Positions 1 to 8,476 of a stretch of 64,000 nucleotides of DNA are shown piece by piece. Source of the stretch: Planctomycetota bacterium (lineage in GTDB: Bacteria; Planctomycetota; PLA2; JAEUHO01); the NCBI GenBank assembly GCA_965222115.1, contig CBDCTJ010000007.1:2048001-2112000 (forward strand). The letters are read 5' to 3'. The translations under genes and the position numbers were made by a program. Within the stretch, counting starts at the first letter, position 1. Each line of letters begins with the position of its first letter. The notes under the pieces are model-generated. The model did not search any database, was not told where the DNA came from, and was given only the letters and a program-made list of their open reading frames with translations.

Positions 1-2
1 CG

Positions 3-926
3 GGAGCGCGTGCCGCGGCGTGGGTTGCCGTGGGTGCGTTGCTCATCTCGTTTGCACCCGTACTCGTCAAAGTGATTGTGCCCCACGACATGGGGCCCAC
101 AGCGTGCGCGTTCTATCGCGTTGCATTCGGTGCCGTTTGCCTATTTGGACTGGCTTATTGGGTAGGCAAGCAGATCACGCTCGCCAAACGAACGCTCACG
201 CTGGCCGCAATCGCCGGTTTGGTGTTCGCACTCGATCTTTCGAGCTGGCATCGATCGATTTTACTCTTGCCGCGCACGGGTACGGGACTCGCAACTGTAC
301 TGGCCAATACGCAAGTCGTATGGGTGTCGCTGGTGGGCGTACTTATTCTCGGTGAACGAGGCGGTTGGCGCACAGCGCTTTGTGTCGTGCTAGCACTCTT
401 GGGCGTGGCGTTTGTACAAGGGGTCATTGGCGCCAGCACGATTGGCGTGTCCACCGCAGGCGTCCTCTTCGGACTCGCCACGGGCGTGTTCTACGCCATC
501 TACATTCTCACGCTACGAAAAGCCCAGGCACCGCCATCGCCCGCACCGGTCATCGCATTCATGGCGTGGACGTCTCTGTTTTCGGCACTCTTCCTGGTTC
601 CCGGTGTGCTGCTTTCAAATGAGTCATTCACGATTCCAAATGTGCGCTCGTGGATGTGCCTATTGGCGCTCGCCATCGTGGCGCAAACGATTGCGTGGAT
701 TCTCTTGACGACCTATTTGGCGAAGATCCCTGCAAGTTTGGGTGCTCTATTGCTCATGTTGCAACCCGCCTTCGCGACCTTGTGGGGCGTGTTGTTCTTT
801 GGTGAATACCTGACCGTCTATGAACTGATCGGTATGGCGCTGTTGATTGCTGCGATGTATGTCGGACTATCACGTCCCACTCGCCGAAGTACCGAATCTG
901 TCACTGAATCTGAACCTTTGGCCTGA
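3..926 (+). CDS. DMT/EamA-family transporter, probably 5'-truncated by the window edge
   Basis: About 10 hydrophobic segments with EamA-like motifs (AFYRVAFG, ATVLANTQVVWV, LQPAFATLWGVLFFGE). The frame is open from position 3, upstream of the GTG at 30. Confidence 0.85.
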   Translation, partial: GARAAAWVAVGALLISFAPVLVKVIVPHDMGPTACAFYRVAFGAVCLFGLAYWVGKQITLAKRTLTLAAIAGLVFALDLSSWHRSILLLPRTGTGLATVLANTQVVWVSLVGVLILGERGGWRTALCVVLALLGVAFVQGVIGASTIGVSTAGVLFGLATGVFYAIYILTLRKAQAPPSPAPVIAFMAWTSLFSALFLVPGVLLSNESFTIPNVRSWMCLLALAIVAQTIAWILLTTYLAKIPASLGALLLMLQPAFATLWGVLFFGEYLTVYELIGMALLIAAMYVGLSRPTRRSTESVTESEPLA

Positions 927-1207
927 CCCGTTCCCGTATCCGCTTCGGGTTCAGAAGAGCATTTTGAGCACACACCCAATTCTCATCCAAAGTGCTCAGC
1001 GTCGTTTTGATGAGGACGGCCACGATATCCAAAGACATCGAGAGGGCGCCCTTAGGGCTGCTTCCGTCAGGACCTGACCCGGTTCGAGGCCATCAACCCT
1101 CTGGGTCGTGACCGTCCTCTACAAAACGAGTGGGGTGACATTACGACACCTGAGCATCCTTGTCCCATCCGGTCGCAGGTGAACTTGCTGCCACAATCGA
1201 GGCCACT

Positions 1208-1257
1208 TGACCCCTGCGTGACACCGGGTGACACCGAAAATTGGGGATTTAACACCC
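1208..1257 (-). promoter_or_regulatory. Array of TGACAC-type repeats at about 10-bp period (GTGTCA on the minus strand), candidate MraZ operator
   Basis: TGAC at 1208, 1219 and 1229 (gtgacaccgg gtgacaccga) and taacacc at 1250, upstream of mraZ. Confidence 0.45.
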
Positions 1258-1375
1258 AAATGGGCTCTTAGAGAGCCAATTCCCTGGATCTGTGTCCCGA
1301 TCGTGCGCTACAGTGAGGATTGCGGCCACTCATCTAGGGCTCAATTGAGCGCCAACCGGTGCCTGTAAGCACATG

Positions 1376-1402
1376 GTAAGTTGTTTTTACATAGCAACTT
1401 AC
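1376..1402. repeat. Palindrome GTAAGTTG-N11-CAACTTAC
   Basis: Perfect 8-bp inverted arms in the AT-rich mraZ upstream region. Confidence 0.7.
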
Positions 1403-1420
1403 GAAAATGACCCTTCCTGG

Positions 1421-1456
1421 GGTTTCCAGGTTGTCAAAATGTGTCACAGGGTGTAA
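1421..1456 (+). promoter_or_regulatory. Direct repeats at 10-bp period (ttgtca/gtgtca/gtgtaa), candidate MraZ boxes
   Basis: TGTCA at 1432 and 1442 and TGTAA at 1452, 65-90 bp upstream of the mraZ ATG. MraZ is known to bind short repeats at 10-bp period. Confidence 0.55.
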
Positions 1457-1519
1457 TCTCCTCCCAGACCGCAGTTCTGATCAGGCGATCAGGGCAGGAG
1501 GAGACGGCCAAAGCCGCAT

Positions 1520-1960
1520 ATGACGCTGTTTACCGGCCAACGAGACCACAGCATTGACCCCAAGGATCGGGTCGTAATCCCCTCAACTTTTGCGGACTCC
1601 ATCCGCAAGACGAGTGATGGGGTGGTCTATCTGGTGCCGAGCGAGGGCGATCCGTGTGTGGAGGCCTATCCTGCGGCGGTCTACGAAGCCATGGCCCGGC
1701 AGCAAGTGCCCAATCGATTCGAAGGGGATATGCGCGCAAAGCGCCTGTTCTTTGAGAATGCCGAGCGGGTCGAGCTAAAGGGGCCCGGGCGTATCACGCT
1801 CGCCAAGCGCTTCCTGCCGTACTTCCCGCATCGCAAGGTGCGGATTGCCGGTCTCAATACCTACCTCGAACTCTGGGACCCCGCGACGTGGGAGAAGCAT
1901 GTGGCCGGCAATGGCCCTGTCTATCCCGTGCCAACGTTGTCCATAAAGCGCGAGGACTGA
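1520..1960 (+). CDS. mraZ: Transcriptional regulator MraZ
   Basis: 146 aa with two SpoVT/AbrB-like halves (FTGQRDHSIDPKDRVVIP; AERVELKGPGRITL; LELWD). AGGAGG RBS; first gene of the dcw cluster. Confidence 0.93.
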   Translation: MTLFTGQRDHSIDPKDRVVIPSTFADSIRKTSDGVVYLVPSEGDPCVEAYPAAVYEAMARQQVPNRFEGDMRAKRLFFENAERVELKGPGRITLAKRFLPYFPHRKVRIAGLNTYLELWDPATWEKHVAGNGPVYPVPTLSIKRED

Positions 1961-1999
1961 CTCATTAGCACGAGTCGGGACGATCTTTCTCATCCTCAT

Positions 2000-2887
2000 G
2001 TGCCTGTCATGGTGTCCGAAGTTCTCGAACACCTGCTCGTGGATCAATCGACACGTGGCGTGATTGTGGATGGCACCGTTGGTGCTGGTGGTCATGCGCA
2101 AGCGATACTTGAGGCCGCGCCTCAGATCACATTGCTCGGAATCGATCGGGATCCCGCCATCCTCGCGATTGCGAAAGGACGGTTAGCGCCCTTTGGCGAT
2201 GCCATTCGTCTTACGCACGGTAGCTACGCCGATGTTGAAGCGCACGTAGCGCAACACGGTTTGTCGCGTCCGATGGGCGTGTTGCTCGACGTGGGGGTTT
2301 CCTCGCTTCAGCTCGACACACCGGAGCGTGGCTTCTCATTTGGTGATCCGAACCAACCGCTCGATATGCGGTTTGACGCGACGTCATCCGATGAAACGGC
2401 CGCCGACGTGCTCAATGGCGCGTCGTGGCGCGAACTCGCTGATGTGTTCTTTCATTACGGTGACATCACCGCATCGCGTCCCCTGGCGCGCGCCATTGTT
2501 GATGCTCGTCCGGTGAGAACTGTTGGCGAGTTGCGCGCGGTTGCCGAGCCGATTGTGAGTCGGGGCCGTCGTCACGATGCGATGACGCGCGTGTTTCAAG
2601 CCCTTCGCATTGCGGTGAACAAAGAACTCGAGCACCTCGAACGTGGACTGCGCGAGGCGCTGCGTGTGTTGCAGCCCGCGGGTCGCCTCGTGGTGCTGGC
2701 GTTTCAGAGCGGTGAAGAGCGTGTGATCAAGAAGGTCTTTCACGAGCATCGCAAGACGCATGGCGGTCGCGTATTGACCAAGAAGCCACTACGACCGACA
2801 CCGGCCGAGGTTGCTCGCAATCGACGCGCGCGTTCCACGCGTCTGCGTGCCTTTGAAGTTGCTCCAGATACCACGACAAGCACATGA
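2000..2887 (+). CDS. rsmH: 16S rRNA m4C1402 methyltransferase RsmH/MraW; true start may be upstream
   Basis: DGTVGAGGHA, GIDRD, DVGVSSLQLD..ERGFSF, PLDMRFD, FQALRIAVNKEL, NRRARSTRLR; follows mraZ. Confidence 0.96.
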   Translation: MPVMVSEVLEHLLVDQSTRGVIVDGTVGAGGHAQAILEAAPQITLLGIDRDPAILAIAKGRLAPFGDAIRLTHGSYADVEAHVAQHGLSRPMGVLLDVGVSSLQLDTPERGFSFGDPNQPLDMRFDATSSDETAADVLNGASWRELADVFFHYGDITASRPLARAIVDARPVRTVGELRAVAEPIVSRGRRHDAMTRVFQALRIAVNKELEHLERGLREALRVLQPAGRLVVLAFQSGEERVIKKVFHEHRKTHGGRVLTKKPLRPTPAEVARNRRARSTRLRAFEVAPDTTTST

Positions 2888-2960
2888 GTCGCGACACGAA
2901 CCAACAAGACTAGATTCCGAAACACCAACGCCTTAAGGACCCCGAGACAACACCGCCTTC

Positions 2961-3449
2961 ATGAACTGGGCCACGATCATCGCCGTACTGCTTGCCACCG
3001 TTGCCACGGCCATGGTGGCGGTATGCGAATTCACCGAGATTCGGCGCATTCAATATCAGTCCTATAAGGTGGAGCGCCGCAGCGAACAAACCGAACGACG
3101 CATTCTTCGGTTGCGCGGTTCGATTGAGGCACTGACCACGCCGAGGCGCCTACTTGAGCATTTGGATGCGCCGGCGCCACCCGCGACTTCCATGCCCATG
3201 CCAAATCTCGGGACGCCCACCGTGACGGAAGTGCGTGGCGCATTGTCCGATCCCACACCACCGACTGAAGTACTCGACGAGGCCGCACGTCTTCGACTTG
3301 AGGAATCACAACGACGTGAAGAGGAGCGTCGCCGTACAGCTCCGCAATCGTTTGGCGCTGGACTCCCGCACGGCATGCAAGGGGCTGAGCACTTTGAATC
3401 GAATCGATCCGGCGCAAATCGCTCGGCACCCACAAGGCGGTCGCGATGA
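2961..3449 (+). CDS. FtsL-like bitopic membrane protein with extended C-terminus
   Basis: N-terminal TM helix and coiled coil ending in LTTPRRL; occupies the ftsL position between rsmH and ftsI. Confidence 0.6.
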   Translation: MNWATIIAVLLATVATAMVAVCEFTEIRRIQYQSYKVERRSEQTERRILRLRGSIEALTTPRRLLEHLDAPAPPATSMPMPNLGTPTVTEVRGALSDPTPPTEVLDEAARLRLEESQRREEERRRTAPQSFGAGLPHGMQGAEHFESNRSGANRSAPTRRSR

Positions 3450-5392
3450 GTCGGCGCAACACCCCAACCCGTTTGCCGCGCAGCGTGCCGCTGACGGAGT
3501 ACCGCCGCACGCTTGCTGCAACCCGTCGTTTCCGCACCAACTTTGTGTTCGGGATGTTGTTGGCGTTCTTCTGCCTCATGCTCTTGCGACTTGGCAAGTT
3601 GCAGATTGTGGATGCGCAGATCTATCGCGAGAAGGCACTGGCAAGCCAGTTCGTGTCGCATAAGTTCCGTCCCCGGCGGGGGCGCATCTTGGATCGCCAC
3701 GGCCACGTGATGGCCACGGGACGGCCTGCATTGCGCGTGGACTTGGATCCGCGCACGATTGTGGATCCCGACAACAAGACCGATCCCCGTACGTTTTCCG
3801 TGCTCCTTTCCGATTTTCTCGGCGGCGATCCGAGCCCCGACACCATTTTCCGTCGCATCGATGACGCTCGTCGCTTTGCTCGCGCGAAGGGCACCAAGGT
3901 TACACAGTACGCGCCGCTTGTGGCCAAAGTCGAAGATCCCTTGATTGTTGACCGGCTTGAAGCGTTTCGTTTCACGAGCCGCAAAGGCAAGCAGGCCATG
4001 GGACTGTATGGCGCCGTGGTGTCGACAGTTGAGGGTCGGCTCTATCCCAATGGTTCTTACGCGGCTCACGTCATTGGCAAAGTTCCCCAAGGCAAGAAAG
4101 ACGCGCGAGTAGGTATTGAGGGTACCTATCACGATCTACTTCGCGGTGAAGTGGTGCGTCGGCGCATTGGTCGCGATGCCGGTTGGCGTCGAATGGCCAC
4201 GCCTGCGGACATGCGTGGACATCAGTCACGTGGCGAAGACGTCATCCTCACCATCGATCTTGTTGTTCAATTCTATCTTGAGAGCGCGCTCGATGAATTG
4301 ATGGCCGAGCACAAGTCGTTTCATGCCTGCGGCATTGTGATGGACGTGAAGTCGGGCGAGATCTTGGCAATGGCTAGCCGTCCAACGTTTGATCCCAACA
4401 CGCAGGGCTTCTCAAGCATGAACTACGCGATTCAGGGCATGTATGAGCCCGGTAGCGTGTTCAAGCCTTTTACCGTTGCGCTTGCGCTGCGCGACAAGAA
4501 AGTCGGGCCCAACCAAAACATTGCCATGCCCAGGCGTCGTTCGTTTGAAGGTGATCCCCATCCAATCAGCGACTCCCATCCAGTGGGTGACGGCACCGTC
4601 GAGCGTCTGATTGCACACAGCAGTAACACCGGCGCGGCCGAACTTGGTCATCGCCTCGGTGCCAAACGCATGCAGCAATGGGTGCGCTATCTCTTCCAAC
4701 CGGCGCAACATACGAAAAACAAGCGTGGGACAGGCTTGGGATTGGCCTACGAGAAGGGCTTCCGTCCTGAGCGTTCTCGTTGGACGCTGCACAACGCACA
4801 CCGGGCCTCCTACGGTCAGGGGTTTGACGTAACACCGATTCAGGTGGCGATGGCGTTCTCCGCATTCGCGCGAGTTGATGGGTGCATGGTTCGACCGCGC
4901 ATCGTGTTGACGACGGATCCGGTTCAGCGAGCGGCCCAGCCCGTGGTGGGGAAGCGCGAGCGCGAAGTGATTCAACGTGGACTTCTTTCCTGCACCACGG
5001 AAGGCACGGCGGCAAATGCGTTTGCCGGATGTCTCTACAACGTTGCGGGTAAAACCGGCACAGCGCAGCAGACGGGCCGGTTGCAGGCACATGAGGTCAA
5101 GCTGCGCGGCGAGGGCATCGTCGGCGCCTACAGCAGGTTCAATATCTGCAGCTTCGCGGGCTATGCACCTGCTGCACATCCTGAGGTGCTCGTGTTTGTT
5201 CTCGCCAAGCACCTGAAAGAAGACGAGAAGAGCGGTGGCAAAGTCGCCGCGCCTGCGGTACGCGAAGTGATTGAGAAGACGCTCGCCTATTGGCGTGTAC
5301 CGGCTCGTCCGACGGTTACGGCAGAGTTCGCGCGCGGTGCGAATCGTGATGCGCACCAAGACGTGTTGCCTGCCTTGAGGGGAAGCCGATGA
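3446..5392 (+). CDS. ftsI: Class B penicillin-binding protein (FtsI/PBP3-like)
   Basis: TM helix, RGRILDR, LTID, GEILAMAS.P.FDPN; catalytic motifs SVFK (SxxK), SSN and KTGT. Confidence 0.92.
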   Translation: MSRRNTPTRLPRSVPLTEYRRTLAATRRFRTNFVFGMLLAFFCLMLLRLGKLQIVDAQIYREKALASQFVSHKFRPRRGRILDRHGHVMATGRPALRVDLDPRTIVDPDNKTDPRTFSVLLSDFLGGDPSPDTIFRRIDDARRFARAKGTKVTQYAPLVAKVEDPLIVDRLEAFRFTSRKGKQAMGLYGAVVSTVEGRLYPNGSYAAHVIGKVPQGKKDARVGIEGTYHDLLRGEVVRRRIGRDAGWRRMATPADMRGHQSRGEDVILTIDLVVQFYLESALDELMAEHKSFHACGIVMDVKSGEILAMASRPTFDPNTQGFSSMNYAIQGMYEPGSVFKPFTVALALRDKKVGPNQNIAMPRRRSFEGDPHPISDSHPVGDGTVERLIAHSSNTGAAELGHRLGAKRMQQWVRYLFQPAQHTKNKRGTGLGLAYEKGFRPERSRWTLHNAHRASYGQGFDVTPIQVAMAFSAFARVDGCMVRPRIVLTTDPVQRAAQPVVGKREREVIQRGLLSCTTEGTAANAFAGCLYNVAGKTGTAQQTGRLQAHEVKLRGEGIVGAYSRFNICSFAGYAPAAHPEVLVFVLAKHLKEDEKSGGKVAAPAVREVIEKTLAYWRVPARPTVTAEFARGANRDAHQDVLPALRGSR

Positions 5393-6975
5393 GTGCCGCG
5401 GTGGCCAGCCCCCAAACGCTTGGCGATGTCCTCGACGTTTTGGATGTTCCCAAGACGCAAGGCGTAGATCGTTCGATCGTTGTACGTCAGCTTGCCGATG
5501 ATTCGCGGGCGTGCATCGAGGGCACGGTGTTCTTTGCACGTCGCGGTACGACGAAGGGCGGGGCGGCCTACGTTGAGGACGCCGTCGCCCGAGGCGCTAC
5601 GTTAGTGATCACTGAAGCGTCCTTGGACGCATCCATTCCTCACGTCGTTGTGGACTCGGTGGACGACGCACTTCGGTGCGTAGCCGATCGTTGGTTTGGC
5701 GAACCGCAGACGCGGTTGCAGTTGTTTGCGGTGACGGGAACCAAGGGAAAAACCACGGTGGCCCACCTGCTCGCATCGGGCTTGCGTGCGTGCGGTGTAA
5801 AGACGGCCATGATCGGAACCACGGGACACGACGTGGGTGATGAGGCGATGATCGCCGCCAGCAACACGACGCCCGGCATCCTACAACTCCGCGAACTCTT
5901 GGCGCGCGCCGTCGAGAACGGATGCGAAGCCGCTGTGCTTGAAGTGTCGAGCCATGCCCTCGATCAGGGACGCACGGAAGGACTCGATTTCTCTGCAGCC
6001 ATCTTCACCAATCTCACCAGCGATCACCTCGACTACCACAAGACGCGCGACGCGTACCGCGACGCGAAGCTGCTGCTTTTCAAGGGTCTTGCACCCGACG
6101 CCCACGCCGTTCTCAATCGCGACGACCCCGCCTTTGGTGCCTTTGCCGAGGCCACTCGCGCGGTGGTTACGAGTTTTGGTCAGGATCCACGAGCCGATGT
6201 ACTGGCCTCCGAGCTTGAGCTCACCGCAACACACTCCACGTTTCGCGTGACGGGGTTGGACCATCCGATGCCCGCCTACACGACGAGGTTGGTGGGGCGA
6301 CACAATGTGAGCAATGTGCTGGCCGCGCTTACTTGCTTGCACGTACTTGGTCACGACATGGAGCAAGCGGCGACAGGCATCGCGTCACTATCGTTGGTAC
6401 GCGGACGCTTGGAACGCGTTGAAATTGATGGCACCGAGAGTGACGTTCATGCATTCGTGGACTACGCCCATACCGAAGATGCACTTCGTCAAGTCTTGGA
6501 GTTCCTGCGCGGCGTCGGCGCCCATCCGATCACCGTCGTTGTTGGCTGCGGTGGCGATCGCGATACGACCAAACGTCCGCGTATGGCGCGCGTGGCTGCC
6601 GAGATTGCGCACGCCGTCATTTTCACCAGTGACAATCCGCGGAGCGAGGATCCGCAATCGATTCTCGACGACATGTTGCGCGGGCTCAATCACGTATCTA
6701 GCGGTCCAAGTGGGCGCGTCATGACAATTGTCAATCGCCGCGAAGCGATTGAGCGCGCCATTCTCGATGCACCCGCCGGTTCCACCGTGCTCGTGGCCGG
6801 CAAAGGACATGAGACTTACCAGATCATTGGCAACGAACGCTTGCCATTTTGTGACGTCACCGAAGTGCGGCGCGTACTAACGCTGCGCGCCGGATTATCA
6901 GGCGGTGACGACGACGAACGAGGCGGCGAAAAGAACCGCCGCGATGGGGATCCCCCCAGGGATAGTGAGGTATAG
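5389..6975 (+). CDS. murE: UDP-MurNAc-dipeptide:meso-DAP ligase MurE
   Basis: VTGTKGKTT, EVSSHALDQGR, DHLDYH, VDYAHT, GCGGDRD..KRP.M, DNPR (DAP-type motif), AGKGHE. Confidence 0.96.
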   Translation: MSAAVASPQTLGDVLDVLDVPKTQGVDRSIVVRQLADDSRACIEGTVFFARRGTTKGGAAYVEDAVARGATLVITEASLDASIPHVVVDSVDDALRCVADRWFGEPQTRLQLFAVTGTKGKTTVAHLLASGLRACGVKTAMIGTTGHDVGDEAMIAASNTTPGILQLRELLARAVENGCEAAVLEVSSHALDQGRTEGLDFSAAIFTNLTSDHLDYHKTRDAYRDAKLLLFKGLAPDAHAVLNRDDPAFGAFAEATRAVVTSFGQDPRADVLASELELTATHSTFRVTGLDHPMPAYTTRLVGRHNVSNVLAALTCLHVLGHDMEQAATGIASLSLVRGRLERVEIDGTESDVHAFVDYAHTEDALRQVLEFLRGVGAHPITVVVGCGGDRDTTKRPRMARVAAEIAHAVIFTSDNPRSEDPQSILDDMLRGLNHVSSGPSGRVMTIVNRREAIERAILDAPAGSTVLVAGKGHETYQIIGNERLPFCDVTEVRRVLTLRAGLSGGDDDERGGEKNRRDGDPPRDSEV

Positions 6976-6977
6976 AC

Positions 6978-8408
6978 ATGGAAGCCATTCGTCACTCAGA
7001 CGTGCTGCGCGCAACCGGTGGTGAGCCGGCAGGCCCCGTCGTGGGCGATCCGATGATTCGCGCAGTGACCACGGACAGCCGCGACGTTCCGCCGGGCGCG
7101 CTATTCGTGCCGATTCGAGGTAAGCGTTACGACGGCCACATTTTCGTCGAGCAGGCGTTCCTCAAGGGCGCTGCATTTAGCCTCGTGGCACGCGATGCAG
7201 GATTTACGCGCATTCCTCCCAATGCGATCGTGGTGGGGGACACTACCAAGGCGCTCGGCGACTTGGCGCGTTGGCATCGAAGTCGTTTCGACGTGCCCGT
7301 CGTGGGCATTACGGGCTCGTGCGGCAAGACCACGATTAAGGAAATGCTGCGTCCCATTCTTGGTGAGCGCGTCGTGGTGAGCCACGCCTCGTTCAACAAT
7401 AGCATTGGTGTACCGCTCACCTTGCTGCGCATGAATCGTTCGACACGCGCTTGTGTCGTGGAGATTGGAACCAGTGCGCCGGGCGAGATTGCCTACCTCA
7501 GCAGTATTGCCCGGCCCACCGTGGGCATCCTTTCCAATGTCGAAGAGGCACACCTTGAGGGCCTCGGCAGTGTACGCGGCGTCATGCGCGAGAAAGCTGC
7601 GCTGTTGCGCGCCGTTCCAGAGAGCGGCGCAGCGATCCTCAATGCCGACAACTACTATTGCCGCGAGATCATGTCCACGCTGCGCGGCCCTGCAGTCATC
7701 TCCTTTGGCACATGGGAAGACGCCGACGTCTACGGTCTCGAGGCGCGTCCCACGCGCGATGGCTTTGAGGTGTTGTTGTTTGGCCGAATGCCCATTCGCG
7801 TGCCTGCGCTCGGTATGCACAATGTGTCCAATGCCCTGGCGGCTGTGGCCTGCGGGTTGTGGTTGGGGCGTTCACCGTCACAAGTTGCAAACGGATTGGC
7901 GCACTACAAGACGCCCGCCATGCGCATGAGCCGCGAATCGGTTGGCAGTGTCACGTTGATCAACGACGCCTACAACGCCAATCCCGGAAGCATGGAAGCG
8001 GCGCTACGCGAGTTGGCACTGCGCGATTGTGGCGGACGACGTGTTGCGGTCCTTGGCGACATGTTGGAACTTGGTGACGAGACCGAGCGATTGCATCACC
8101 GTCTCGGTATGCGTGCCGCGCACAAGGCGATTGATCTCCTATGGGCCATCGGTCCCCATGCTGAAGTTGTCGCGTCGGCGGCGATGGACCGCGGCATGCC
8201 CGCCGATCGTGTTCGTTGGCATCAGAGTTTGAAAGAAGCCATGGCCGATCCTGCGTTTGAACCGGAAGCCGGTGACATGTGGCTCTTCAAAGCGTCGCGC
8301 GGTATGGCACTCGAGCACATTGTGGATTTGGTTCGCGAACGCGCCCGCAAAGTGCAGTCGATCCGTGCGCCACAGGGACTGAGTCGCATCAACAAGCCCG
8401 CCGGCTAA
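6978..8408 (+). CDS. murF: UDP-MurNAc-tripeptide:D-Ala-D-Ala ligase MurF
   Basis: ITGSCGKTT, SFNN.IGVPLTL, INDAYNANP.SM, LGDMLELG, KASRG. Confidence 0.96.
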   Translation: MEAIRHSDVLRATGGEPAGPVVGDPMIRAVTTDSRDVPPGALFVPIRGKRYDGHIFVEQAFLKGAAFSLVARDAGFTRIPPNAIVVGDTTKALGDLARWHRSRFDVPVVGITGSCGKTTIKEMLRPILGERVVVSHASFNNSIGVPLTLLRMNRSTRACVVEIGTSAPGEIAYLSSIARPTVGILSNVEEAHLEGLGSVRGVMREKAALLRAVPESGAAILNADNYYCREIMSTLRGPAVISFGTWEDADVYGLEARPTRDGFEVLLFGRMPIRVPALGMHNVSNALAAVACGLWLGRSPSQVANGLAHYKTPAMRMSRESVGSVTLINDAYNANPGSMEAALRELALRDCGGRRVAVLGDMLELGDETERLHHRLGMRAAHKAIDLLWAIGPHAEVVASAAMDRGMPADRVRWHQSLKEAMADPAFEPEAGDMWLFKASRGMALEHIVDLVRERARKVQSIRAPQGLSRINKPAG

Positions 8409-8476
8409 CACGCCGCAAGGCATCGTACGCACTCACTAGGTACGACGCGCGTGGATTCACCCTTGAGGGAGCTTGC

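Noticed and set aside
8279-8476. N-terminal extensions given by the ORF track (mraY; likewise 11020, 19771, 25416, 32401, 40907, 53471, 58420)
   Set aside because: They overlap neighbours or lack family similarity; downstream starts fit RBS position or domain boundaries better.
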